Origin: Candidatus Saccharibacteria bacterium oral taxon 488
Lineage (GTDB): Bacteria > Patescibacteriota > Saccharimonadia > Saccharimonadales > Saccharimonadaceae
DNA: 32,000 bases
Assembly (NCBI GenBank): GCA_010202845.1
Contig: CP047921.1
Location: forward strand, 810,001 to 842,000
Reading direction: 5' to 3'
Below the pieces are notes generated by a model. It saw only the letters and a program-made list of their open reading frames with translations, was not told the DNA's origin and did not search any database. Position numbers and translations under genes: made by a program. Shown here one piece after another: positions 7,861 through 15,897 of the stretch (its first letter is position 1; each line of letters starts with the position of its first letter).

Positions 7861-8762
7861 CGCTTTGCCTCCTCGCCTTCATAATACCGCATGAATAATT
7901 CTTCTAATTCTAGTTCTGATTCGCGCAGGGCTTTTGGTTTATGTTCGGCGATGAATGAAACAAACTCTGCCGCGTCGCCTTTGACGGTAAATTCATATTC
8001 GTCGCCACGGTGTTGAACGTCGGTGATGGATGGTAATTTTTTAGCTGCCGCCAGGGACGGTTTTTTAGCAAAGGTCACAATGTAGCAGTGAGTCGCCAGG
8101 TGTTTCATGGTCGCGATAGGTTCAATAGCAATCAATTTTCCATCGCGGATAAAGCCAGCGCGGTGGCAAATTTTTTGCACTTCAGCCAGATCGTGGCTGC
8201 TAACAAACACCGTGGCGCCTTGCCCAGAAACTTCGCGCACCAAATCGTAAAATACCTGCTTCATCAGCGGATCCAGCCCGCTAGTCGGCTCGTCCAAAAT
8301 CAGCAATTTCGGGCGGTGCATAAAAGCTTGAATCAGGCCGATTTTCTGACGATTACCCTTGGAAAGTTGACGAATCGGTCGATCCAGCGCCGCCTCAAAA
8401 CGCCCAGCCAATTCATCAACATAGTGCCAATCAACATTTCGACCCGTTCGCGTCAAAAACTTCAGCAATTTCCGACCAGTCATAGTTTCATACAGCGCGA
8501 TGTCACCCGCCAGATAACCAACCTGATCATGAAGCGCCGTTCGTTCCTCAACGCTCTGTCCACCCAGCAACTCTACCCAGCCATCCGTCGGCCTCAAGAA
8601 ATCCATCACCGACCGAATCGTCGTGCTTTTACCCGCACCATTCGGCCCGAGAAACCCAAACACCTCGCCTTCGCGTAGCTCCAGCGACACATTGTCGACT
8701 GCCAGTTTATGACCAAAGCGCTTGGTCAGCCCGTGTAACATCAGCGGTGAAGTATTACTCAT
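7857..8762 (-). CDS. ABC transporter ATP-binding protein, 301 aa
   Basis: Walker A GPNGAGKST, signature LSKGNRQK, Walker B LLILDEPTSGLD and an H-loop SSHD are present. An AAAGGAG Shine-Dalgarno sequence lies upstream. Confidence 0.92.
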   Translation of the reverse strand: MSNTSPLMLHGLTKRFGHKLAVDNVSLELREGEVFGFLGPNGAGKSTTIRSVMDFLRPTDGWVELLGGQSVEERTALHDQVGYLAGDIALYETMTGRKLLKFLTRTGRNVDWHYVDELAGRFEAALDRPIRQLSKGNRQKIGLIQAFMHRPKLLILDEPTSGLDPLMKQVFYDLVREVSGQGATVFVSSHDLAEVQKICHRAGFIRDGKLIAIEPIATMKHLATHCYIVTFAKKPSLAAAKKLPSITDVQHRGDEYEFTVKGDAAEFVSFIAEHKPKALRESELELEELFMRYYEGEEAKR

Positions 8763-8825
8763 AACGACTCCTTTTCATAGTCATTATTTGCTATGGTTTC
8801 AGTATATTATAGCCATACTAAAAGA

Positions 8826-9200
8826 TTAGAGCAATGAGCGAACTTCCACTGCTAGCACGCCATAATGTTTTTGGTCAGCAACGGAATAATATTTGTTGTA
8901 TTCGGCAGCGGCAGCTTCGGCACTGGTGGCATGCGGAATAACACGGTGGTAACCCTCGGCCTGCACCATTTCTAAAAAGGAATTGTAGTGGCGGATAGCG
9001 ACAATCTCCACGCGTGCTTGATCTGGTTCGCCGTCGTGTAGTATTCCTTCGGCATCGCGAACATCGCGGCGCAGGTGAATCTTATCGCCGACTCGATACT
9101 CGGCAAATTTTCCGCGATTCAATCGACCTTCAACCGTCTTCCGCCCGGCGATAATATCGTCGAGTAATTTTGATTCTCGTCCTGAGTGCCAGATTTTCAT
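8826..9200 (-). CDS. ASCH (PUA-like) domain protein, 124 aa
   Basis: The N-terminal pattern IIAGRKTVEGRL and the small size are typical of ASCH domains. Confidence 0.7.
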   Translation of the reverse strand: MKIWHSGRESKLLDDIIAGRKTVEGRLNRGKFAEYRVGDKIHLRRDVRDAEGILHDGEPDQARVEIVAIRHYNSFLEMVQAEGYHRVIPHATSAEAAAAEYNKYYSVADQKHYGVLAVEVRSLL

Positions 9201-9346
9201 AATTCCTACAGTGTTGTATCTTTTTATAGTTTTTCTTAACTTCTAGACAGCAGCGGTGTCGTAGTAAAATTATAGCACAGCCTATAAAGGTGTTTCTGCT
9301 AGGCATACCTACCAAACTACAATAAAATCTTTAGATTAGGCAAACC

Positions 9347-9460
9347 TTAAACGGCCATCGCTTGCGCCTCCGGCCAGATTCGCTGCACCAGTCGTTTACC
9401 GCGCGTGGTTAGCCGCACCCAAGCGTCGCCATAGGCCTGGTCGATCGCCATCAAACCTTG
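9347..9460 (-). pseudogene. Displaced 3' fragment (38 codons including the stop) of a winged-helix gene homologous to 10950-11228
   Basis: It encodes QGLMAIDQAYGDAWVRLTTRGKRLVQRIWPEAQAMAV. The intact gene ends KGLMAIDQAYGDAWVRLTTRGKRLVQRIWPEAQAIAA. Upstream of 9460 the ORF (to 9556) has no similarity to the intact gene. Confidence 0.75.
9347..9460. repeat. Direct repeat copy A (114 nt)
   Basis: By hand alignment to 10950-11063 there are 97/114 identical positions and no gaps. Confidence 0.85.
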
Positions 9461-9528
9461 GACATCACGAATCTGCCAACAGCCGCTCAGCCACCCTTCT
9501 ATTGACACAATGGTCATAATTCGATACG

Positions 9529-9562
9529 ATATGAATGAATATAAAAAATTATTCATTCATAT
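9529..9562. promoter_or_regulatory. Perfect 12-bp inverted repeat with a 10-bp spacer; candidate TetR operator
   Basis: The sequence is atatgaatgaat-ataaaaaatt-attcattcatat. It ends 26 nt upstream of the TetR start codon. Confidence 0.5.
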
Positions 9563-9588
9563 TATTAACATGAAGGAGGTCACCAGCA

Positions 9589-10155
9589 TTGGACAAAAGA
9601 CAAGCATTAAAAACAGCCGCCTATGATGTCTTCTCAAAAAAGGGATATAAAGAGACCGGTATCTCAGAAATTGCTAAACGTGCTGGCGTAGCAGTCGGTT
9701 CTTTTTACAACTACTACGACGGCAAAGAAACTATCTTTCTGGATGTGTACATTGAAGAAAACAACCGTATTCGCCAAGCGATGATGGACGACATTGATTG
9801 GCAGCAGGATTTGGTTGAACTTGTGAGACAGATTTTTGAACAGTCACGAAGTCTCGTTTCATCCAATAAAATTCTGGCGGAATGGCATAATCCAGCCGTC
9901 TCTCGTACACTACGTGGTTATTATTCTTCGGGTAAGGGTAAAGCTACGAATACCTTCCATCAATTTTTGGTCGAAACCTTTACTGGTCGCATGGTAGCAG
10001 AAGGATATTCAGAGGAAAAAATTCAGGATATTTTACAGGTTTATAATCTATTTTACTACATGGATATGCATATCACTGAAGGCGATTTTCCAGGTATTGG
10101 TAGAACACTAGAACTACTTGCCACTAACTTTGTTAAAGGGATTTTTACATCATGA
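9589..10155 (+). CDS. TetR/AcrR family transcriptional regulator, 188 aa (TTG start)
   Basis: The N-terminal HTH is AAYDVFSKKGYKETGISEIAKRAGVAVGSFYNYYDGKETIF. An AAGGAGG Shine-Dalgarno sequence lies 9 nt upstream of the TTG. Confidence 0.9.
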   Translation: MDKRQALKTAAYDVFSKKGYKETGISEIAKRAGVAVGSFYNYYDGKETIFLDVYIEENNRIRQAMMDDIDWQQDLVELVRQIFEQSRSLVSSNKILAEWHNPAVSRTLRGYYSSGKGKATNTFHQFLVETFTGRMVAEGYSEEKIQDILQVYNLFYYMDMHITEGDFPGIGRTLELLATNFVKGIFTS

Positions 10156-10914
10156 AAAGGAGTAAAAAAATGGTAATCATCGTTATGTCTATTCTTGCGG
10201 CTACAGGCCTTATCGCTTGGGGTGTCATCGCCTACTTAGGGAGAGGCCAAACGCTATCGGTCAAATCTATCGAAAACTCTAGCGGAGACCTTCATGTCAT
10301 TCGCCTGGCAAAACCTGATACTATGACATGGAAGGCAGGCTCTTATGCCAAGATCACGCTACCCAGTACGACATTCGGTGGTGAAAAGAATGATCATAAG
10401 GGCTCGTTGGCTGAGTATCGCCTCTAGTCCTGAGGATAATGAAATTATTATCCTAACCCACAATAGCGGTAGTCCCTATAAAAAAGCTTTGACTAGCCTA
10501 CCAGCAGGTAGTCAGGTCAAGATGAGTTGGCTGGAATCTTCTTTGTCAGTTACAGACGGTAGCGAGCCGCTGGTTTGCTTCGCGTCTGATGTCGGTATCT
10601 CAGCAATACGACCAATTGTCAGGCAGTGGGCCGGTAAACGCCCTGTCATTCTCTATCACCTAGACAAGGGAGTAAAGGTCTTTGATAAGGAACTCTCAGA
10701 GCTAGCAAACAAAACAGCCAATATGACTTATGAGACCAGTGCTAGCCTTTCTCAAAGCCAAGAACGCTTCAAGCAGGCGATTGATGGACATGGCAACAAG
10801 GCTCAATATCTTGTAGCAGGACAGCCCGACGATGTGAAAATGATGAAGAAACTCCTTGGAGACAACGCGATGTATGATAACGTCAAATCAAGTATTTTTC
10901 GGGGGTTGAAGTAG
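10152..10914 (+). pseudogene. Membrane-anchored FNR-like oxidoreductase interrupted by a +1 frameshift
   Basis: ORF 10152-10427 carries an N-terminal TM helix and the start of the flavin domain (WKAGSYAKITLP). ORF 10345-10914, in the +1 frame, continues with RWLSIASSP (the RxYS motif) and an NAD-binding-like domain. The shift must lie between about 10383 and 10405, where there are A4 and G3 runs. Confidence 0.75.
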
Positions 10915-10949
10915 TCAATATGACTGCATGGGTTGCCGATAGGTGATAC

Positions 10950-11063
10950 TTAGGCAGCTATCGCCTGAGCTTCCGGCCAAATTCGCTGTACCAGCCGTTT
11001 ACCACGCGTGGTTAGTCGCACCCAAGCGTCGCCGTATGCTTGGTCGATTGCCATCAAACCTTT
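10950..11063. repeat. Direct repeat copy B (114 nt), the 3' end of the intact winged-helix gene
   Basis: Aligned by hand to 9347-9460. Similarity stops abruptly at 11064 / 9461. Confidence 0.85.
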
Positions 11064-11228
11064 ATGCCGCAAGTCCGCCAGCACATTCATCGCCGTTCGG
11101 CGCGGCATACCCATTTGCGCTGCCAGCATGGCCGCATCGTCACCGCCATCTTCGTAGACTTGCTGGAGTACCAACGCCTCGTTGGTGGTTAAATTGATTT
11201 CGTTTGCTTTCACCTTGTTCATGATCAT
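10950..11228 (-). CDS. Small winged-helix (MarR/ArsR-like) DNA-binding protein, 90-92 aa
   Basis: Size and an HTH-like core (AAMLAAQMGMPRRTAMNVLADLRHKGLM) support the call. The AAAGG Shine-Dalgarno sequence fits the third codon, ATG 11222, better than ATG 11228. Confidence 0.55.
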   Translation of the reverse strand: MIMNKVKANEINLTTNEALVLQQVYEDGGDDAAMLAAQMGMPRRTAMNVLADLRHKGLMAIDQAYGDAWVRLTTRGKRLVQRIWPEAQAIAA

Positions 11229-11359
11229 CCTTTCTGTTAGTGATGAGTATATGATAGCTAAGCAATCTGTAATTTCGCTGTAAGCTGCTCGACTCTTTGA
11301 CGTCCCTTCGTGACCGTTTACCTAGCAAAGAAAAACACCTCCCTAGAAGTGTCTTTTCT

Positions 11360-11434
11360 TGGCTCCGGGGGCGGGGTTCGAACCCGCGGCCTATTGGTTA
11401 ACAGCCAACCGCTCTACCGCTGAGCTACCCCGGA
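11360..11434 (-). tRNA. tRNA-Asn: tRNA-Asn (anticodon GTT), 75 nt with encoded CCA
   Basis: Folded by hand. Acceptor stem TCCGGGG/CCCCGGA, D stem GCTC/GAGC, anticodon stem GTTGG/CCAAT with loop CTGTTAA, T stem GCGGG/CCCGC with loop TTCGAAC, discriminator G, then CCA. Confidence 0.93.
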
Positions 11435-11475
11435 ATACGTGTCGTATTATAGCGAGTTTTCAATCAGTTGTAAAG

Positions 11476-11808
11476 TTACCGGCGGACAATTTCCAGGGCT
11501 TTTTTCAAGATTTCTGCCTCCAGGCGCGATTTCTCATCATCCGCCGCTTCCCGCTGCTTAATCTCCTTCACCAAGTTTTGCCACCACGCCTCTTTTTCCG
11601 CCTGGCATAGCACCAATGACCGCACCTCGCCGTCGCGCTTGTCAAGTAGCCCTGCCGCCACCAAATTATCGACGTGCTTTGCCACCGTCGAGACCGACTT
11701 ATACCCCAGCGCCCGCATAATTTCCCGCAGCGTCGGGCTATAGCCATTGCCCTTGATAAATCCATCAATAAAATCCAGCAGTATTTTTTGCTTTTTTGTT
11801 GGCTGCAT
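11476..11808 (-). CDS. LexA-N-terminal-domain-like winged-helix regulator lacking the S24 peptidase domain, 110 aa
   Basis: KQKILLDFIDGFIKGNGYSPTLREIMRALGYKSVSTVAKHVDNLVAAGLL matches the LexA DNA-binding domain pattern. The C-terminal 40 aa are a charged helix rather than a peptidase. Confidence 0.75.
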   Translation of the reverse strand: MQPTKKQKILLDFIDGFIKGNGYSPTLREIMRALGYKSVSTVAKHVDNLVAAGLLDKRDGEVRSLVLCQAEKEAWWQNLVKEIKQREAADDEKSRLEAEILKKALEIVRR

Positions 11809-11814
11809 GCTTTT

Positions 11815-11820
11815 AGTATA
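11815..11820 (-). promoter_or_regulatory. -10-like TATACT 6 nt upstream of ATG 11808; predicted leaderless
   Basis: The minus strand reads aggtTATACTaaaagcATG. Confidence 0.4.
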
Positions 11821-11841
11821 ACCTGCCCGAGTTATTTGCGC

Positions 11842-11847
11842 TATACT
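11842..11847 (+). promoter_or_regulatory. -10-like TATACT 6 nt upstream of in-frame GTG 11854; predicted leaderless
   Basis: The plus strand reads gcgcTATACTaaagagGTG. It is the mirror image of the 11815-11820 element. Confidence 0.4.
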
Positions 11848-11853
11848 AAAGAG

Positions 11854-13344
11854 GTGAAGCGAGTATCATCGACGATATATGTGTGGCTACTGGCCGCCGT
11901 GCTGTTTGGCGGCGCACTGTCACTACAGCCGAGCATCAGCCTGGCGATGCTCGATTTTCCGTCGTTTCGCATCGGACTATATCAAGTGGCGGTGATCGGT
12001 GTGGTTGGCTGCGGTCTCGGTATAATGATGCGCCAGCGACTACGGCCTCGCGGGCCATGGTGGTGGCTCGGCATTAGCATGCTGGCTATTACTAGTATCA
12101 TTGGGCTGTTAGTATCTTATGTCCGAGCACGTACCGCATTATATACGGCATCGCTTTTATTGCTGCTGATAACCGCGGTATGTGCTGCCCTGATGTACCG
12201 GGCATTATCGGCGAGCGATCGGCGGCGCCTCATGACAATTGGCCTGTGGAGCGGCATCGTCTTTGGTATATTGGCGGTACTGCAGCTGATCATCGCCCAT
12301 ATTGAACCAACGGCATTCGGTACGCTCTGCTCAGGTTGTCACGCCGGCGTGTTTGGCTTTGTCAGGATCAATTTATTTGCCGCTGAGCCGCAATTTTTAG
12401 CAAGCAGCTTGCTACCGGCCCTGTTCGTCGGACTGTGCTGGCGAGAGAGGCGGCGACTAGCAGGCTGGAGCGTTTTTGGTAGCAGTGTGGCGATCAGTCT
12501 GACGTTCTCGCGCGGCGCGTTTATCGCGGTAATTGGCGCAGGCATCGTGTATGGCGTTGTCCGCTGCTGGCAGCGGTGCGGGAGAAATAGGGACAATACT
12601 ACTGACGCGGCGCGGGCATCTCATCACGATGCGTGGCGTCAACTCGGCATCATCACGGCGGGGTTCGTGATTGGATGTGCCCTGCTACTGGTCTCAGCGG
12701 TGATTCGCTATCACGACACGCCACACATTGCCTATAATACCGCGGTGAGCATGCTTGACCAGCTGTCGCTCGGCCGCATCAAATTACCGCAAAAAAACAC
12801 CCTCCCAACGCCGGGTAGCCCACCCTCACCGCAAGTACCGCCAACCAGCGAGACTACAGCACCAGAGGCACCGCCCGCCGCCCAACCAAACCAGCCCGCA
12901 CCACCAGCTAATTTCCAGCCATCGGGTTTCGTCGCAGCCTCGGCTGATGACCGACTCAACGCCGCTCAACTGGCGCTCCGAGCCTGGGCAGCAAGTCCAC
13001 GCACCATACTCTTTGGGACTGGCCTTGGCAATCTCGGCAGTTTTATCCAACATCAGCTACACCAGCCGGTGTCGACCGATCATACGGTGTATATTTTCTA
13101 CGTTTTGCTGCTGAGTAATATCGGCGTTGTCGGTATGATACCGCTACTAGCACTGCTTGCCGTCACGCTATGGCGCAGTGGCCGATGGCTACTAAAACCG
13201 TGGGGGCGATTCGCCTTACTGCTAACAACGGCTATCGCTATCCACTTTTGGTTTTTTGGCAGCTTGATCAACTCGATGCATTGCCTTGCATGGATTGGTA
13301 TTTTCTTGTATAATCACCCCAAAGGTCATGAAGAAGAACTCTGA
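11854..13344 (+). CDS. O-antigen ligase / Wzy-like polytopic membrane protein with a Pro-rich loop
   Basis: About 10 or more hydrophobic segments are visible, and the motif LTFSRGAFIAVIG is typical of the Wzy_C / O-antigen ligase family. The track ORF begins at 11674, but that extension overlaps the opposite-strand regulator. I therefore propose the start at GTG 11854; the start remains uncertain. Confidence 0.65.
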   Translation: MKRVSSTIYVWLLAAVLFGGALSLQPSISLAMLDFPSFRIGLYQVAVIGVVGCGLGIMMRQRLRPRGPWWWLGISMLAITSIIGLLVSYVRARTALYTASLLLLLITAVCAALMYRALSASDRRRLMTIGLWSGIVFGILAVLQLIIAHIEPTAFGTLCSGCHAGVFGFVRINLFAAEPQFLASSLLPALFVGLCWRERRRLAGWSVFGSSVAISLTFSRGAFIAVIGAGIVYGVVRCWQRCGRNRDNTTDAARASHHDAWRQLGIITAGFVIGCALLLVSAVIRYHDTPHIAYNTAVSMLDQLSLGRIKLPQKNTLPTPGSPPSPQVPPTSETTAPEAPPAAQPNQPAPPANFQPSGFVAASADDRLNAAQLALRAWAASPRTILFGTGLGNLGSFIQHQLHQPVSTDHTVYIFYVLLLSNIGVVGMIPLLALLAVTLWRSGRWLLKPWGRFALLLTTAIAIHFWFFGSLINSMHCLAWIGIFLYNHPKGHEEEL

Positions 13345-14752
13345 TTTTTACTTCAAATTGGTGTTGATCGGGCTGGACGTACTGGCGCTAGTTGGTGCGT
13401 TCACGGCGGCATACATCATGCGCGTATCACTCGACACGCGACCCTTCCATGTGCAAATCGGGGCGCTGGAGTTTATCACGTCGATTGTACTGATGCTGCC
13501 GCTGTGGGTTGTCTTGTTCTCGTTTTTTGGGTTATACGACCGTGAGCACTACATTCATCCGCTGCGCGAATTTTGGCGACTTGGTATGGCGGCGGTTTGT
13601 GGCATCATGATGATGATTTCCTTTAGCTTCTTTAGCAACACACCGCTCTTTCCGGCCAAGATGGTGGTGATTTATGCGCTGATCATCAGCTTTGTCATCT
13701 TGCTCATCCTGCGTAGCGCTGCCAATATCGTGCGGCTGCATCTGCTGCGCAAAAACATCGGCATCAAGCGTGTGGCGCTGGTCGGCAATGCCGAATCGAC
13801 GCGAACGCTGGCCGAGTTTATCAGCGCCCACCCGTCAACCGGCTTTCACCTCAGTGCTATTATTTCTAAAGACGGACTAATCCCGCCACGGCTCAAGGGT
13901 TTGCGGCGTTCGACATTGGCATCGGCCTTGACTCGCGATAAAATTGACGCCATTATTCAGACCGACACTGCTCGCAGCGAAGCGCACTATAACTTGGCGG
14001 AGCAGCACTATCTTGATTTTTATCAAGCGCCAGCCCTCGACGGCCTGATGACGGCGCGCCATACGGTGGAGATTATCAATTCCGTGCCGCTAGCGTACAT
14101 TCACCCAACACCGCTGGCTACCGGCTACGGACGCGTGGTCAAACGACTGATGGATCTCATCGGTGCGACCATTGGTATCATCATTACCTCGCCGATTATG
14201 CTGCTAGTGGCAATCGCTGTTAAGCTCGGTGACCCACGCGGCCCCGTGCTGATGCATGGGCAACAGCGGCGACGTTTAACCCAGTTTAATCGCCCATTCA
14301 AGGTGTATAAGTTTCGCTCGCACTACGCCAAGTTTGATGGCAAAACCGACGAGGAGGTGTTCACGATGATTGGCAAACCAGAGCTGATCAACGAATATCG
14401 GCAGAACGGCGACAAGCTCGATCATGACTTTCGCGTCACACCAGTCGGTCGTTTCATTCGCCGGTTTAGCCTCGACGAACTACCGCAGTTATTTAACGTT
14501 ATCAAGGGCGATATTAGCCTCGTTGGGCCGCGGGCGCTGGTGCCGCACGAGCTGAGCAATTACGAGAAAAAGCACACGCTACTGACGGTCAAGTCTGGCC
14601 TGACTGGCCTAGCGGTTGTGTCGGGGCGGCGCAGCATCGGCTTTGAAGAGCGGCGGCGACTGGATCTTTATTATGTACAAAACTGGAGTTTGTGGCTGGA
14701 TATCACCATCCTCCTCAAGACCTGCCTGGTCATCTTTAAGAAGGAGTCTTGA
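13328..14752 (+). CDS. Polyprenyl-phosphate sugar phosphotransferase (WbaP/bacterial sugar transferase family, priming enzyme)
   Basis: An N-terminal TM bundle and a central domain are followed by the conserved C-terminal block KRLMDL...[10 protein letters not shown]...[38 protein letters not shown] 13328 (MKKNSDFYF, preceded by AAAGG) is preferred over ATG 13286. Confidence 0.9.
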   Translation: MKKNSDFYFKLVLIGLDVLALVGAFTAAYIMRVSLDTRPFHVQIGALEFITSIVLMLPLWVVLFSFFGLYDREHYIHPLREFWRLGMAAVCGIMMMISFSFFSNTPLFPAKMVVIYALIISFVILLILRSAANIVRLHLLRKNIGIKRVALVGNAESTRTLAEFISAHPSTGFHLSAIISKDGLIPPRLKGLRRSTLASALTRDKIDAIIQTDTARSEAHYNLAEQHYLDFYQAPALDGLMTARHTVEIINSVPLAYIHPTPLATGYGRVVKRLMDLIGATIGIIITSPIMLLVAIAVKLGDPRGPVLMHGQQRRRLTQFNRPFKVYKFRSHYAKFDGKTDEEVFTMIGKPELINEYRQNGDKLDHDFRVTPVGRFIRRFSLDELPQLFNVIKGDISLVGPRALVPHELSNYEKKHTLLTVKSGLTGLAVVSGRRSIGFEERRRLDLYYVQNWSLWLDITILLKTCLVIFKKES

Positions 14753-15897
14753 TGCGCACCCAGCCGACCATCGCGATCGTTCACGACTGGTTGTATGGCG
14801 GTGGTGCTGAGCAAGTTGTTTTGGCGCTACACCAGCTCTATCCTGACGCCCCGATTTATACCTCGTACTGCTCCCGAACGTGGCGAAAAAAACTTGATAA
14901 CAAGGTGGTGACTGGTTATTTGCAGCATTGGCCATTTGCCCAGCTCAGGCGACTACTGCCGGTGCTCAGGCAGCGGTGGTTTGCGCGGCTGGATCTCGGG
15001 CAATTTGATATTATTATTTCTAGCTCTGGTAACGGCGAGGCCAAGTTTATCCGAACCACCCGTCCCGATCAACGACATATCTGTTATTGTCATACGCCAA
15101 CACATTTTTATTGGCGGCACTATCAGGAATACCTGCGTCGGCCGAGCTTTCGGCCGCGGTGGCTGGCGCGACTGGGCCTGCGGCTGCTGGTCCGACATCT
15201 CAGGCGGCGTGATTATCAGGCGGCGCAGCGGGTTGATGTCTTTTTAGCCAATTCCACCGCCATTCAGGCTGATGTCAAGCAGTTTTATGACCGAGACAGC
15301 ATCGTCGTCTTTCCGCCGGTGCAAACAACCAGCTTTATGGCACTCGCAAAAACCCGGCCGCGCTCCGTGACGCTACCCGACCGACCGCGCTGCCTGGTGT
15401 GGGGGCGACTGGTGCCGATGAAGCGGCTGGATTTGGTGATTCGGGCCTGTCAGCAGCTTGGTTGGCCGCTGGACATCATGGGCGATGGGCCTGATCGCGA
15501 GCAGCTGGAGAAGCTGGCGGGCGAATCGACGCGCTTTCTTGGCTACGTCAGTGACGAGACCCGGGCTGCCGCCATCCAACAAGCCGACCTATTCATCTTT
15601 ACCGCCCACGAAGATTTTGGCGTCGCACCAGTTGAAGCCTTGGCCGCTGGACTGCCAGTGGTAGCATATCAAGCTGGTGGCGCACTGGACTATATCAACC
15701 CTGGTAAGAACGGCTGGTTTTTCGCCGAACAAACCGTTGAGAGCTTGGTGGCAACGCTCCAAACACTGCCCGACCAGCGAGTCTCGCCGCGAGCCATCGC
15801 CACCTCCGCTAAACCATTTGCCGAACATGCCTTTACGACTGCCATAAAGAAAATTGTAACCAACGAAAGGAGGGGCGCTCATGCGCATCGCCATTGA
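14749..15897 (+). CDS. Glycosyltransferase family 4 (GT-B, group 1), 382 aa
   Basis: The N-terminal IVHDWLYGGGAEQV and C-terminal FTAHEDFGVAPVEALAAGLPVVA (an EX7E-type motif) support the call. There is a 4-nt overlap with the upstream gene. Confidence 0.88.
   Translation: MMRTQPTIAIVHDWLYGGGAEQVVLALHQLYPDAPIYTSYCSRTWRKKLDNKVVTGYLQHWPFAQLRRLLPVLRQRWFARLDLGQFDIIISSSGNGEAKFIRTTRPDQRHICYCHTPTHFYWRHYQEYLRRPSFRPRWLARLGLRLLVRHLRRRDYQAAQRVDVFLANSTAIQADVKQFYDRDSIVVFPPVQTTSFMALAKTRPRSVTLPDRPRCLVWGRLVPMKRLDLVIRACQQLGWPLDIMGDGPDREQLEKLAGESTRFLGYVSDETRAAAIQQADLFIFTAHEDFGVAPVEALAAGLPVVAYQAGGALDYINPGKNGWFFAEQTVESLVATLQTLPDQRVSPRAIATSAKPFAEHAFTTAIKKIVTNERRGAHAHRH

Larger units (their letters stand above)
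9461..10949. mobile_element. Putative decayed integrated cassette (TetR plus reductase) between the direct repeats; no integrase present
   Basis: The segment is bracketed by the 114-nt repeat. Spot GC is lower (24/60 at 9601-9660) than in the flank (38/60 at 9401-9460). The cargo gene is frameshifted. Confidence 0.3.

Noticed and set aside
8088-8678. 196-aa plus-strand ORF
   Set aside because: It is antisense to the ABC ATPase gene, whose Walker A, signature and Walker B motifs are intact. It contains no motifs of its own.
9461-9556. Treating 9347-9556 as an intact 69-aa gene
   Set aside because: Only its last 38 codons are homologous to the winged-helix gene. The N-terminal part is unrelated sequence and lacks the helix-turn-helix, so it is a gene fragment.
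11359-11610. 83-aa plus-strand ORF
   Set aside because: It overlaps the tRNA-Asn gene and the 3' end of the LexA-like gene. It is an artefact.
11674-11853. 5' extension of the Wzy-like ORF (track start at GTG 11674)
   Set aside because: The first 60 codons overlap the opposite-strand LexA-like gene and encode a non-hydrophobic, Arg-rich peptide. A start at GTG 11854 after the TATACT box is more plausible, although unproven.
12339-13114. Several 60-120-aa ORFs on both strands in the Pro-rich / GC-rich part of the Wzy-like gene
   Set aside because: Stop codons are scarce in high-GC, low-complexity sequence, and the ORFs are nested in a membrane-protein gene.
13286-13327. Upstream start (ATG 13286) for the WbaP-like gene
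   Set aside because: It would overlap the preceding gene by 59 nt. ATG 13328 is preceded by AAAGG and gives a typical MKK... N-terminus.
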